A stretch of DNA of 32,000 bases from a cyanobacterium endosymbiont of Braarudosphaera bigelowii (GCF_020885515.1 NZ_AP024987.1:270001-302000), one strand, 5' to 3'; shown: positions 1-9,933, counted from the first letter of the stretch. Translations and numbers: made by a program. The notes: generated from the letters alone by a model not told the origin.

Positions 1-1383
1 ACTCTTGATAATGGTATGAAATTCATTGTTATGGAAAACCATAGTGCACCTGTAATATCTTTTGTAACTTATGCAGATGTTGGAGGAGTTGATGAACCTA
101 AGAATAAAACCGGAGTAGCACACTTCCTAGAACATCTAGCTTTTAAAGGAACTACAGAAATTGGAACAACAAATTACACTGAAGAAAAAGAGATACTAAG
201 TAATTTAGATCATGTTTTTACTCTTATAGAAGAAGCAAAAAGTAGAAATGATAATGCTAATGTTCAATTATTGACTGAAGAATTTCATATCTTACAAGCT
301 GAAGCTCATAATTATGTTAAACAGAACGAATTTGGGCGTATTGTTGAGACAGCGGGAGGTGTTAATATTAATGCTGCAACCTCTCCAGATTCTACTATTT
401 ATTTTTATAGTTTTCCTTCAAATAAATTAGAGTTATGGATGTCCTTAGAGTCACAACGTTTTTTAAATCCGGTATTTCGAGAATTCTATAAAGAAAAAAA
501 TATTATACTAGAAGAACGTCGTCTTAGAACAGAAAATAATCCTATTGGTAAGATGGTAGAAGCTTTTCTAGATACTGCTTTCATTCAACATCCTTACAAG
601 CGTCCAGTGATTGGTTATAATAAAGATATTAATGGTTTAACTCGTAAAGACGTTCAAGACTTCTTCAATATTTATTATGGACCAAATAATTTAACGATCT
701 CTATTGTGGGAGATGTGAAATTTGAACAAGTAAGGAATTTGGCTGAAGTATATTTCGGACGTTATCCTTCTAAGGCAGAACCACCTAAAATATCTGTAGT
801 AGAGCCAAAACAAACAGAAGCTCGTGAAATTACATTAAATCTTGATTCTCAACCTTGGTATTTAGAAGGATATCATGTACCTTCTTTAGATCATCCTGAC
901 AATGTTGTTTATCAAGTAATTTCTAATATATTGAGTTCTGGACGTACATCTCGTCTTTATAAATCTTTAGTTGAAGATAAACAAGTGGCCTTAGTAGCTC
1001 AAGGTTTGAGTGGTTATCCATCAGATAAATATCCTAATTTAATGCTTTTTTATGCACAAACTTCTCCTCAAGCATCAGTCGAAGAAGTCGCGAAAGCCTT
1101 GTCATTAGAAATTGAGAAACTAAAAGTACAACCTGTTTCTGAACAAGAATTAGAAAAAGCTAAAAATAAATTAAGAGCTAGTCTATTACGTTCTCTTGAT
1201 TCTAATTTGGGGATGGCTCGTGCTTTAGTAGAATATGAAGTAAAAACAGGTAAATGGCATAATCTTTTCAGTCAAGTTCAGGCTTTAGAAGCCGTTACGG
1301 CTGAAGATATTGAAAGAGTTGCAAAAATTACTTTTAGGTCAGAAAATATGACAGTCGGACGTATACTACCTAAAAGACAATAA
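1..1383 (+). CDS. M16 (pitrilysin) family zinc peptidase / processing protease, 5'-truncated by window edge
   Basis: The frame is open from base 1 (TLDNG precedes the listed Met), so the gene starts upstream of the window. It has the inverted zinc-binding motif HxxEH in 'HFLEHLAFKG' and the downstream 'ILEERRLR' glutamate region typical of M16 peptidases. Confidence 0.85.
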   Translation, partial: TLDNGMKFIVMENHSAPVISFVTYADVGGVDEPKNKTGVAHFLEHLAFKGTTEIGTTNYTEEKEILSNLDHVFTLIEEAKSRNDNANVQLLTEEFHILQAEAHNYVKQNEFGRIVETAGGVNINAATSPDSTIYFYSFPSNKLELWMSLESQRFLNPVFREFYKEKNIILEERRLRTENNPIGKMVEAFLDTAFIQHPYKRPVIGYNKDINGLTRKDVQDFFNIYYGPNNLTISIVGDVKFEQVRNLAEVYFGRYPSKAEPPKISVVEPKQTEAREITLNLDSQPWYLEGYHVPSLDHPDNVVYQVISNILSSGRTSRLYKSLVEDKQVALVAQGLSGYPSDKYPNLMLFYAQTSPQASVEEVAKALSLEIEKLKVQPVSEQELEKAKNKLRASLLRSLDSNLGMARALVEYEVKTGKWHNLFSQVQALEAVTAEDIERVAKITFRSENMTVGRILPKRQ

Positions 1384-1956
1384 GATAGTTATATATTTTT
1401 TCAATTAATTATTAGAAATAGAAGAAATGTAACTCATAAGCTTTAATTACTAAAACTAATTCAGATTGTGCTTACTCTTCTGTTATTTTTGGATATAAAA
1501 GTAATTTCTCGCATGTTACAGTATAAAAAATGTTAACAGAGCTAATGTACATTATTAGCCACAGTTTTTATATTTAAATATTTTGTATTTCTTATCTCAT
1601 TAAATTTATGTAAAAGCTCTATAGTCTGATAGGCTCGTCAAAACCTTTACTAGATAATTTTTTTTAAAGAATAAATATTAGGTTATTTTCTCTTATTAAC
1701 TATTAAGTATAAAAAGTGTAATTAGTGGTTGATAAAAATTAGCTAAGCCACAGTATAGTATTTTTAATACTAAAAGTTCTAAATATTAAAAGTGCAAATG
1801 TATCACTGAATTTCAAAGCTTATTGGAAAAACTTTTACAAAACTTAATGGTATTTTAACCTAGTTGAGCTTAGATTATATTTAATAATTGCTTCGTAGAT
1901 ATTCTTTTCTTTACCAGCTAAACTTTTTATAAAACAATCTAATAAAATTAAAATTT

Positions 1957-2985
1957 ATGACGTCTCAAACAAAAATAAATTCTTCTTCCTATAAAATCTC
2001 TATGCCTCCTAAAGACGCCAAGACTAGAGTCAGTAAGCTTATGAAAAATTTGCAGGATGAAATTTGTTGCTCATTAGAAAAAGCAGATCGTGGAGGTCAA
2101 TTTCAAGAAGATAGTTGGCAGAGAGAAGAAGGTGGTGGTGGACGCTCTCGAGTACTGAAAAACGGTAATTTACTAGAACAAGGAGGAGTAAATTTTTCTG
2201 AAGTTTGGGGCGAAGAGTTACCATTGTCGATAATAAAGCAACGACCTGAAGCTCAAGGGCATAAATTTTATGCTACGGGAACCTCTATGGTGCTACATCC
2301 TCACAATCCCTATATTCCAACGGTTCATCTTAATTATCGCTATTTTGAGGCAGGTCCTGTTTGGTGGTTTGGAGGAGGTATCGATCTAACTCCTTATTAT
2401 CCGTTTGCTGAGGATGCAGCTTTTTTTCACAAGACTTTAAAACAAACTTGTGATCAACATCATGAAGGATATTACCCAACCTTTAAATCTTGGTGTGATG
2501 AATATTTTTATCTCAAACATCGTCAAGAAACACGTGGTATTGGAGGGATTTTCTTTGATTACCAAGATGGTAGTTATCCTCTATATCGTGGCTCTAACAA
2601 TAACAAAACAGATACTAAATATGATGATCAAATTTCTGAATTAAAACCACGTACGTGGGAAGACTTATTTACTTTTGTTAGCGATTGCGGGAAAACTTTT
2701 CTGCCAGCTTATCTGCCTATTGTCGAAAAACGCCGTAACTTACAATATGGAGAAAAAGAACGTCAATTTCAACTATATAGAAGAGGACGTTATGTAGAAT
2801 TTAATCTAGTATATGACCGTGGTACGATTTTTGGTTTACAAACTAATGGACGTACTGAATCCATATTGATGTCTTTACCGCCACTAGTTCGCTGGGAATA
2901 TTCCTATGAACCAAAAGTCAATACTCCTGAATTTGAGTTATATAAAACATTTTTAAAACCTCAGGATTGGGTTAATTGGTTGTAG
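1957..2985 (+). CDS. hemF: Oxygen-dependent coproporphyrinogen III oxidase
   Basis: 342 aa. It carries the hallmark HemF blocks '[14 protein letters not shown]', 'GGVNFSEV', '[13 protein letters not shown]' and '[25 protein letters not shown]'. Confidence 0.9.
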   Translation: MTSQTKINSSSYKISMPPKDAKTRVSKLMKNLQDEICCSLEKADRGGQFQEDSWQREEGGGGRSRVLKNGNLLEQGGVNFSEVWGEELPLSIIKQRPEAQGHKFYATGTSMVLHPHNPYIPTVHLNYRYFEAGPVWWFGGGIDLTPYYPFAEDAAFFHKTLKQTCDQHHEGYYPTFKSWCDEYFYLKHRQETRGIGGIFFDYQDGSYPLYRGSNNNKTDTKYDDQISELKPRTWEDLFTFVSDCGKTFLPAYLPIVEKRRNLQYGEKERQFQLYRRGRYVEFNLVYDRGTIFGLQTNGRTESILMSLPPLVRWEYSYEPKVNTPEFELYKTFLKPQDWVNWL

Positions 2986-3192
2986 TAAACCTACGATTAT
3001 TATGATTTTTTTAGTGCACTTTTATTAGAAGTTCTCAGATAACAAATTAATTAAAAACGAAGAAGATATGAATAGCGTTTAACTATGAATATCTTCTTCA
3101 AAAGAATAGTGACTATTCTAAAATTAAGTAATCTGATAAACAAATTGGATTAATTAAGACTTTTCTTACAGCAATTTTCAACTTTATTAGAA

Positions 3193-5286
3193 TTAAGCAG
3201 ATTTTAATAATCCACTATATCTTAGTAAAGGTTCTGTTTCAGGTTCTCTTCCTCGAAAAGATTTAAAAATTTCCATAGGATTTTTACTTCCACCTAAAGC
3301 TAAGATATTATCTCTAAAACTTTTACCTACTTCTAAAAGCTCATCATCGTTGTCTAAACCAACTTCTTCAAAGGCCGAAAAAGAATCTGCACTTAATATC
3401 TCTGACCACTTATAACTATAGTACCCAGCCGCATAACCACCAGCAAAAATGTGATTAAATGCACATAAAAAAGCATCTTCAGGTAAAGTTCTAATCACTG
3501 TTGTCTTTTCTGCAATCCTGTCTCTAACTTGAACCAAAGTTTCACCACTATCTGGTTGATATTTATGATGTAATTCTAAATCTAAGAGACTAAAGTGAAG
3601 TTGCCTTAGCATAGATAATCCAGCCATAAAATGACGCGAAGATACTAATTTATCATAATAGTGTTTAGGTATTGTTTCTCCTGTTTTGTAGTGTTTAGCC
3701 ATACTGAAAAAAGTATTTTTTTCATAGCACCAATATTCCATAAATTGACTAGGTAATTCGACAGCATCCCACTCTATGTTGTTAATACCTGATGCCCCAG
3801 GATAATTGACTGTTGTTAGCATATGTTGTAGACCATGACCAAACTCATGAAATAAAGTAGTTACTTCATCAAAGGTCATTAAACTAGGTTCTTCATCATA
3901 GGGAGGAGTTTGATTACAAATTAAGTATGCAACTGGTAAACGAGTTATAGTTTTTCCATCTTGATATGTTTCTGATCTTCCAACACAGTCACTCATCCAA
4001 GCACCTCCACGTTTTTCTGCAGGACGACTATAGGGGTCTAGATAGAAGTATGCAATTATATTTTCTGTTTCATCTTTTACTTGAAAAAATTGCACATCTT
4101 TATGCCATGTTGATACTTGTTTATCTGCGACAGTGATTTTTACTCTGAAAATACGTTCTGCCAAGTCAAACAATCCTTCTAGTACTTGTTCTAAAGAAAA
4201 GTAAACTCTTAATTCCTCATTAGTGAAATCAAATAAGAATTTACGCTGTTTTTCTGTCCAGTAACTTATATCCCAAGGCTCTAGATCAGAATTGTAATTG
4301 CTAGACGCAAATGACTTTAAACTTTTCAATTCTTCTTGTGCTGTTTCATAACTTACAACTCTTAGCTCTTCCAAGACTTTTTCTACGTTTTCAACACTAG
4401 AAGCCATTTTTTTGCTTAAACTTACTTCAGCATATGATTGATAACCAAGAATTTTTGCTTGTTCTTTTCTTAATTTTAAAATACGTTCTATTAAGGGTTT
4501 ATTGTTTAACTTACCAATTGATGCCCGAGATATAAAAGCTTTATATATTTTTTCTCTTAGGTTTTTTTGACTACTGTATCTCATAAAAGGTCCGTAAATA
4601 GGATAATCTAAAGTCATAATCCATGGACCTGCCTCAGGAGTAGCATTACTATCCCCCTCTAAAATAGCGTTATTCGCAGCTAGTTTTAAGAGGCTAAATG
4701 GTAAACCATCAACTTCCATCTTTTCTGTTAATTTTAATTTAAAGTCTTTAGTTGAATCTAAGACATTATTAGAAAATTGTGTAGACAGTTCAGCAAGTTG
4801 CAAGTTAATTTCATTAAATCTATGACGCTTCTCTGGTATTAGATTAACTCCAGATAATTCAGCTTCTCTAATAGAGCTTTCAATAATACGTTTTTGGCAA
4901 CCATCCAAGGTATTCCATAAGACTAAATCTTTTTGCAGATTTTTAAATGCTTGGTAAATAAGTTTACTTTGTCTTAGCCTATTTAAAAAGTTTATGATAT
5001 CAGGTTGAATAGTTTGGTATATCTCTCGAAGCTTTGAACTATTTTGAACTCCCATCAAATGATTGACAATACCCCATGTCCATTGAATTTTTTCTTCAAT
5101 GATAGTTAAAGGCTCTACAAGGCCCTCCCAGGTTGAATCGACGTTTTCTTCTAAATAAGTTAGTTTATTACTTGATTGCTTCAAAAGTTCAGTCATTGAA
5201 GGAATAATATCATCTAATATAATTTTCTCGAAGGCGGGCAAACCTTCTCCAACTAGCAAATAATTATCAGCATATTGATTGTTCAT
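3193..5286 (-). CDS. prlC: M3 family oligopeptidase A-like zinc metallopeptidase
   Basis: HExxH zinc motif in 'TLFHEFGHGLQHML', and a length of about 697 aa typical of oligopeptidase A. I chose the ATG at 5286 (MNNQYADNYLL...). The upstream 25-codon extension in the ORF track is low-complexity. Confidence 0.85.
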   Translation of the reverse strand: MNNQYADNYLLVGEGLPAFEKIILDDIIPSMTELLKQSSNKLTYLEENVDSTWEGLVEPLTIIEEKIQWTWGIVNHLMGVQNSSKLREIYQTIQPDIINFLNRLRQSKLIYQAFKNLQKDLVLWNTLDGCQKRIIESSIREAELSGVNLIPEKRHRFNEINLQLAELSTQFSNNVLDSTKDFKLKLTEKMEVDGLPFSLLKLAANNAILEGDSNATPEAGPWIMTLDYPIYGPFMRYSSQKNLREKIYKAFISRASIGKLNNKPLIERILKLRKEQAKILGYQSYAEVSLSKKMASSVENVEKVLEELRVVSYETAQEELKSLKSFASSNYNSDLEPWDISYWTEKQRKFLFDFTNEELRVYFSLEQVLEGLFDLAERIFRVKITVADKQVSTWHKDVQFFQVKDETENIIAYFYLDPYSRPAEKRGGAWMSDCVGRSETYQDGKTITRLPVAYLICNQTPPYDEEPSLMTFDEVTTLFHEFGHGLQHMLTTVNYPGASGINNIEWDAVELPSQFMEYWCYEKNTFFSMAKHYKTGETIPKHYYDKLVSSRHFMAGLSMLRQLHFSLLDLELHHKYQPDSGETLVQVRDRIAEKTTVIRTLPEDAFLCAFNHIFAGGYAAGYYSYKWSEILSADSFSAFEEVGLDNDDELLEVGKSFRDNILALGGSKNPMEIFKSFRGREPETEPLLRYSGLLKSA

Positions 5287-5666
5287 AAAATAAAAAATAG
5301 TTATGTTTTTTGTATATATAGTGATCAATTTATAGCTTAGGATAATTTTGCTTATTAGCAAAACTTAATATAGATTGCAGTGTATATACAAAATTTAGAA
5401 TTAATAAGTGTAAGCTATATACTTATTAACCATATAAATTCAATTACTTTAGATAAAGACTCTGATAATTTTGACCTATTAAAATTAAAAAAGAAGCGAT
5501 GTCATATTAAGAGAAAGTGGTCAGGTAAAAAAATTAGTATTTTTTAGGGTACTAAATGAATCTTTAGAAATATAAAAGCTGTCAATTTGACTTATATGAT
5601 TTTAATTAAGAAAATGTATCATATATTGTAATATATAAATATGATTTATTTTGGAAGTAAATACTC

Positions 5667-5756
5667 ATGGATATTTTAGCTCTTGGTTGGGTTAGTGTAT
5701 TAGCCTTATTTAGTTGGTCTCTTGCTATGGTTGTTTGGGGACGTAATGGCTTTTAG
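5667..5756 (+). CDS. petN: Cytochrome b6f complex subunit VIII (PetN), 29 aa
   Basis: Hand translation gives [29 protein letters not shown] followed by TAG. This matches the conserved PetN pattern as I remember it (MDI..LGW......[12 protein letters not shown]). It is absent from the ORF track because it is too short. Confidence 0.85.
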   Translation: MDILALGWVSVLALFSWSLAMVVWGRNGF

Positions 5757-5769
5757 GGTTTTCTAAGCT

Positions 5770-5904
5770 ATGCAATATCTCAATTTTCTCTTTTATACTG
5801 CTTTTGCTCTACTAATTTTGGTAAGCATTGGTATTATTTACTTAACTGTTATGGATCGACATAGCAGTTATTTTCAAAAGCAAAACGAAAAAAATAAATT
5901 ATAA
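5770..5904 (+). CDS. Hypothetical 44-aa single-pass membrane peptide, possibly co-transcribed with petN
   Basis: The ATG lies 13 nt after the petN stop. Translation: MQYLNFLFYTAFALLILVSIGIIYLTVMDRHSSYFQKQNEKNKL. It has one hydrophobic helix and a basic or polar tail, and a hairpin follows immediately. I do not recognise a family. Confidence 0.3.
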   Translation: MQYLNFLFYTAFALLILVSIGIIYLTVMDRHSSYFQKQNEKNKL

Positions 5905-5937
5905 AGTTTAAGGAAAAATTATTTTCCCTTAAACTTT
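5903..5937 (+). terminator. Hairpin overlapping the stop of the 44-aa ORF, a candidate intrinsic terminator of the petN unit
   Basis: AAAGTTTAAGG (5903..5913) is the exact reverse complement of CCTTAAACTTT (5927..5937). An inner AAAA/TTTT pairing extends the stem. Confidence 0.4.
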
Positions 5938-6011
5938 GTAGTATAGTCTAACCAACATAAACTATGTAAATAAATCAGATCGTATAATTTATTCATATTT
6001 TGTTCAATTCT

Positions 6012-6053
6012 AAAAATCAATAAGGTGAACTTTATTTCGCCTTATTGATTTTT
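6012..6053. terminator. Perfect 14-bp hairpin, a candidate bidirectional terminator (10 nt downstream of the ycf54 stop)
   Basis: AAAAATCAATAAGG (6012..6025) pairs with CCTTATTGATTTTT (6040..6053) around a 14-nt loop. The A-run and T-run at the stem ends allow it to work on either strand. Confidence 0.5.
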
Positions 6054-6062
6054 AATTCTATA

Positions 6063-6398
6063 CTAGGCTTTAGATGTAGAATTTAAAGAAGCTAGTGGAT
6101 CTGGAATTGTAGGAGAAGGAGCTTGAAACTCTCCTTGGGCTACATATTCTAGTCGTAATTTTAACCAAGTTATAAAACCATGATCCGTTGAAATAATAGC
6201 AACACTTGGTTGAGGACACTGTGCTTTGATATTAGCAAATTCTGGAGCTTCAATAAAAGCAGGTTCTTTGACAAGCCAAAAATCAATTGCTTTATCTTTA
6301 GCTTGATAATCTCTAACTCTTTCTCTTAACACTTCGTCTAAAGGCTCTTCTTCTAGAAGAAATTTTTGACTAGCTAAAACGTAATAATAGGTATTCAT
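6063..6398 (-). CDS. ycf54: Ycf54-like protein (DUF2488), a factor of the aerobic Mg-protoporphyrin IX monomethyl ester cyclase
   Basis: 111 aa. 'YYYVLASQKFLLEEEP', 'IDFWLVKEPAFIEAPE' and 'ITWLKLRLEYV..GEF.APS..IPDPLASL' match the Ycf54 family as I recall it. Confidence 0.7.
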   Translation of the reverse strand: MNTYYYVLASQKFLLEEEPLDEVLRERVRDYQAKDKAIDFWLVKEPAFIEAPEFANIKAQCPQPSVAIISTDHGFITWLKLRLEYVAQGEFQAPSPTIPDPLASLNSTSKA

Positions 6399-6477
6399 TG
6401 CTTATTCATTAATCCTGATTTCCCAATTATTATTATTCAACTTAAGAATACTTTATTGGTGAAGATTAATTAATAAT

Positions 6478-7227
6478 TTATAATTCTCCTTTTATCGCTA
6501 GTTTCATTTCTTTAACAGCTCTTTCCATTCCTACTAAGACAGCACGACTTATAATCGTATGACCAATATTTAATTCCTTAATACCAGGAAGGCAGGCAAT
6601 AGGATAGACATTGTTATAATTCAATCCATGGCCAGCATTAATTTTTATACCTAAGTCGAGAGCTTTATGACACGCTAATTTCAACAACTTTAGTTCATCT
6701 TGACATTGTTTACTATGCATGGAATTTACGTATTTGCCTGTATGTAGCTCAATATATTTTGCTTTAGTACTTGCAGATGCCTGAATTTGATCTTCATCAC
6801 TATCAATAAAAAGACTAGCAGAAGCTCCATTATCTTGTATCTTACTAACTATTCTCTTTAAATGTTCCAAATTTTTTTTAACATCTAAGCCACCTTCTGT
6901 AGTTATTTCTTTACGCTTTTCTGGAACTAGGGTAATACAATCAGGCTTAATATCGAGAGCAATTTTAATCATTTCTTCTGTAGCAGCAATTTCTAAATTC
7001 AAACGTGTTTGAATAGTTTCTTTTATTAGATATACATCTCGATCCTGAATATGTCGTCTATCTTCTCTTAGGTGAAGAGTAATGCCGTTTGCTCCTCCTA
7101 ATTCTGCCAAAGCTGCTGCCACAATTAGGCTTGGTTCACTTGAGTGTCTTGCTTGACGAATAGTAGCAACGTGGTCAATATTTACTCCGAGAGTTGGTAA
7201 TTTGAAATTTTCTTCTTTATCAAACAT
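6478..7227 (-). CDS. pdxJ: Pyridoxine 5'-phosphate synthase
   Basis: 249 aa. 'LGVNIDHVATIRQAR', 'ITLHLREDRRHIQDRD', 'NLEIAATEEM' and 'ELNIGHTIISRAV' are canonical PdxJ blocks. Confidence 0.9.
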   Translation of the reverse strand: MFDKEENFKLPTLGVNIDHVATIRQARHSSEPSLIVAAALAELGGANGITLHLREDRRHIQDRDVYLIKETIQTRLNLEIAATEEMIKIALDIKPDCITLVPEKRKEITTEGGLDVKKNLEHLKRIVSKIQDNGASASLFIDSDEDQIQASASTKAKYIELHTGKYVNSMHSKQCQDELKLLKLACHKALDLGIKINAGHGLNYNNVYPIACLPGIKELNIGHTIISRAVLVGMERAVKEMKLAIKGEL

Positions 7228-7486
7228 TTTATAATTAAGTAGAGAATTTGAACTTGAATAATTAATATCATTTTTATAATATTAACCATTGTTTATAAAA
7301 AAGGATAAGATATTAAATTTCAAACGTAACTAAAATACTTTAACATGTAATTTATATAGTTTTATTTAGTTAGTTAAGAAACAAAGATAAACTATTACAT
7401 AAAAATAACTTATTTTTTATCTATAAAATATTAGTTTAACAGATAAGAATTTTTAATTAAGATATACTTTGCCTCAATATACCATT

Positions 7487-8862
7487 ATGAATTTTTTATG
7501 TTTTCGGTATAATTTCATTTCTATAACTATATTTTGTAGTACATTTATCTTTTTTACTTTCAGTAGTCTTAGACATATACTTTTTCAATCAACAGCTTGG
7601 GATTTAGCAATTTTTGATCAGGCAATTTATTTAATAAGTCAAGGTAAAATACCGAACTCATCTTTTTTAAATATTCATATCTTGGGAGATCATGCTTCCT
7701 TAATACTTTATCCATTATCGTTATTTTATGTATTTTATCCTTCGATCTATTGGTTATTTTTTATACAAGCGCTGTCTCTAAGCTTCGGAGTACTACCTAT
7801 CTACTGTCTATGTCAAAATCAAGGCTTAAATAAAGACTATTCATTTACGATAAGCTTAACATATTTATTTTATCCGTTAATTTTTAATATTAATTTATTT
7901 GATTTTCATCCTGATGTAATATTTGTTCCAGCAATTTTATTTGCTCTTCTAGCCATCTTTGAAGATAGATTATTTTTATTTATTTTATCCATATTAATTG
8001 CTTTGAGTTGTAAAAGCATATTCTCTTTGACAATTATATTTATGGGTTTGTGGTTATTCTTGCTAAAAAAAAAAAATTTAGTCTATTTGCTTTAGGAAGT
8101 GGTTTTATTTGGTTTATTTTTAGTACTAAATTTATTATTCCTGTTTTTGGTAATGGGAATGCCAATATTGAAAGACATATAGAAAGGTTCAATCACCTTG
8201 GAAACACATTTTCTGAAATAATTTATAACTTGATTTTTAGTCCTACTTTAATTTTAGAAGGAATATTTAATTTACCTAATTTAGAGTATTTATTATTGTT
8301 ACTATTGCCTGTCTTCTGGGGTATATCTTTCGTTTCACTTTCTCCTTTAATACCTTGTATCCCTAGCTTTGCGATGAATCTGTTGTCTCAAAATCTTTTA
8401 CAAAAGGATCTTTTGCACCATTATTCTTTACCAATTTTACCTTTTATAATAATTATTATTATAAAAACTATAGCTCAGAAACAAAAGTGGATTCATAAGA
8501 AATATATTTTTCTATGGTCACTCATTTCTTTTATTATGTTGGCTAAATTAGGTAATTTTACTTCTCGATATTTAATATCTTTAGATACTTGGACAGCAAG
8601 TAAAGAAGCTATCAGTAGGATAGCTGAAGAGAGTAGTGTATTAACATATACTTATGTTGCGCCCCATATTAGTCATCGCTCCACTGTAAAGTTAATTGAG
8701 CAGGAAGCAGATATAAATTTAGAACAATTTGACCATATTTTATTAAATGACTTTTTGTCACAAAACGAACAAGTTAAAGAACAAGTTAAAAAAAATAATC
8801 ATTTTTCATTAATTTTTCAAAAAAATCATATTTATCTTTTCAAAAAATTAATCAATCAATAA
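7487..8862 (+). pseudogene. DUF2079-type polytopic membrane protein, reading frame broken in an A12 tract
   Basis: Track ORFs 7469..8095 and 8050..8862 are the N- and C-halves of one hydrophobic protein ('AWDLAIFDQAIYLISQG', 'FDFHPDV'). The second half is in the -1 frame relative to the first, and the switch point is the A-run at 8065..8076. An A13 or A10 tract would give one ORF of about 458 aa. The start is either ATG 7487 or TTG 7469. Confidence 0.7.
8065..8076 (+). repeat. Homopolymer A12 inside the DUF2079 coding sequence (frameshift site)
   Basis: Counted directly: tgct-aaaaaaaaaaaa-ttta. Confidence 0.95.
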
Positions 8863-8922
8863 TTAGATGAATATTTGTATTTAATACAAATATTCATCTA
8901 ATTATTGATTGATTAATTTTTT
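8842..8922. repeat. Perfect 81-nt palindrome (40-nt arms, 1-nt centre) at a convergent gene junction, a likely bidirectional terminator
   Basis: 8842..8881 (aaaaaattaatcaatcaataattagatgaatatttgtatt) is the exact reverse complement of 8883..8922. The left arm contains the last 7 codons and the stop of the DUF2079 gene. The right arm ends 1 nt before the stop of ORF 8923..9108. Confidence 0.95.
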
Positions 8923-9108
8923 TTAGAAAATGTTAGTTTTACTGTCTATTTGATCGTAAGAGTTTTCTTCAATAAAAATTGGCTTGTTAGGAGTAACTGA
9001 CATCTTATAAAAAATAATATATGCTAAAAGGCAAATACTACCTGAAAAAAGGAAAACTCCGATTAATAAACTTGAAACAACCTGAAAAAATTTAGATAGA
9101 CGACTCAT
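8923..9108 (-). CDS. Hypothetical 61-aa single-TM protein
   Basis: The ORF has one clear hydrophobic helix (VVSSLLIGVFLFSGSICLLAYIIF) and a polar tail. I do not recognise a family, and it could be a chance ORF in AT-rich DNA. Confidence 0.3.
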   Translation of the reverse strand: MSRLSKFFQVVSSLLIGVFLFSGSICLLAYIIFYKMSVTPNKPIFIEENSYDQIDSKTNIF

Positions 9109-9372
9109 ATTTATCTTGCAATAAAATTATATAAACTAAAATAGCGATTAATTACATATTAATTATCTGAGTTATATATGGAATTTGGTTAAAAATAATT
9201 CTGTCAGGTTAAATCGTAATAATATTTTCTACTTTGTGTATAAGATATTATTTCTTGTAGCAGTCACTATATAGATAATTTCAAATATACTTTGGTCTTA
9301 AATATAAAATTTTATAATTTAAGTTCTTTTTTATAAATTTAATAGCTTAACATTTAACAATAAGTTAGATAC

Positions 9373-9408
9373 AAAAAAGCAAAATCTTAATTTTAATTTT
9401 GCTTTTTT
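9373..9408. terminator. Orphan 13-bp hairpin in the ORF-free gap
   Basis: AAAAAAGCAAAAT (9373..9385) pairs with ATTTTGCTTTTTT (9396..9408) around a 10-nt loop. No intact gene sits next to it on either strand. Confidence 0.3.
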
Positions 9409-9933
9409 TGTAGTGTTAAATTTTTCTTCATCAAGCACTTCTTTTCAGTTAATATTATTAATTTCTATATTATTTTCTTATTATAAGTAGTAGTTTTTAG
9501 AACAACAGGTATCGAAAGAACATCTTCTAGTGTTAGGATTTCTTGCTTTTAATTTTTCGCTAACATTGAATAGAGACTTTGTCTTCCAAAACCTCCACAA
9601 AAATAGTATCTATACATTTCTCATTATTTAATAAATAGGTAATCTTTCTTTGAATTAGTTAAGCAAACTTGTCTTTAATTTCTGATGATCTTTAATATAT
9701 AATTAATAGGATCATAAAGTACTTCATTATTTCTCTAAAAATAGTTTGATGAACAATTTTCAGATAAAAAATAATGAGTCTCTTCGTCTGTAATTATTAA
9801 TTGTTCCTACAATCAAAAAAAATTAATTTGTAGAAAATTTTCTGCTTTCTTTATGTAATCATATTAAGTTGCTAACATATAAGAAAGCATATATAACTGA
9901 AGGCTAAATTTAATAATAACGTGTTGCTTAATA

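Noticed and set aside
1554-1760. Repeated 9-mer AGCCACAGT (about 1558 and about 1746) in the 573-bp hemF upstream spacer, as a possible operator pair. I also searched for NtcA-like GTA-N8-TAC sites.
   Set aside because: A single shared 9-mer in about 570 bp is near chance expectation. The only GTA...TAC candidate (GTATTTTTAATAC, about 1759) has N7 spacing rather than N8.
2039-2224. 61-aa antisense ORF inside hemF. The same class includes 2450..2644 (+, out of frame in hemF), 11254..11439 (antisense in proS), 26246..26452 and 27165..27347 (antisense in the ECF ATPase), and 27803..28084 (antisense in the S component).
   Set aside because: All lie entirely within well-supported genes, have low-complexity or odd composition, and contain no motifs. 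They are typical shadow ORFs.
5287-5361. N-terminal extensions of the longest ORFs in the track: 5287..5361 (M3 peptidase), 16009..16038 (cobM), 20086..20115 (ubiX), 29097..29153 (hypothetical), 29779..29793 (pyrF) and 30106..30174 (VOC).
   Set aside because: Most begin at TTG, encode low-complexity residues not seen at the N-termini of these families, and are followed by an in-frame ATG where the conserved protein begins.
5587-5615. Candidate sigma70-type promoter for petN: TTGACT (5587..5592), 17 nt, then GAAAAT (5610..5615).
   Set aside because: The -35 box is good but the -10 hexamer is poor. In DNA this AT-rich, such matches occur frequently by chance, so it is not supportable without TSS data.
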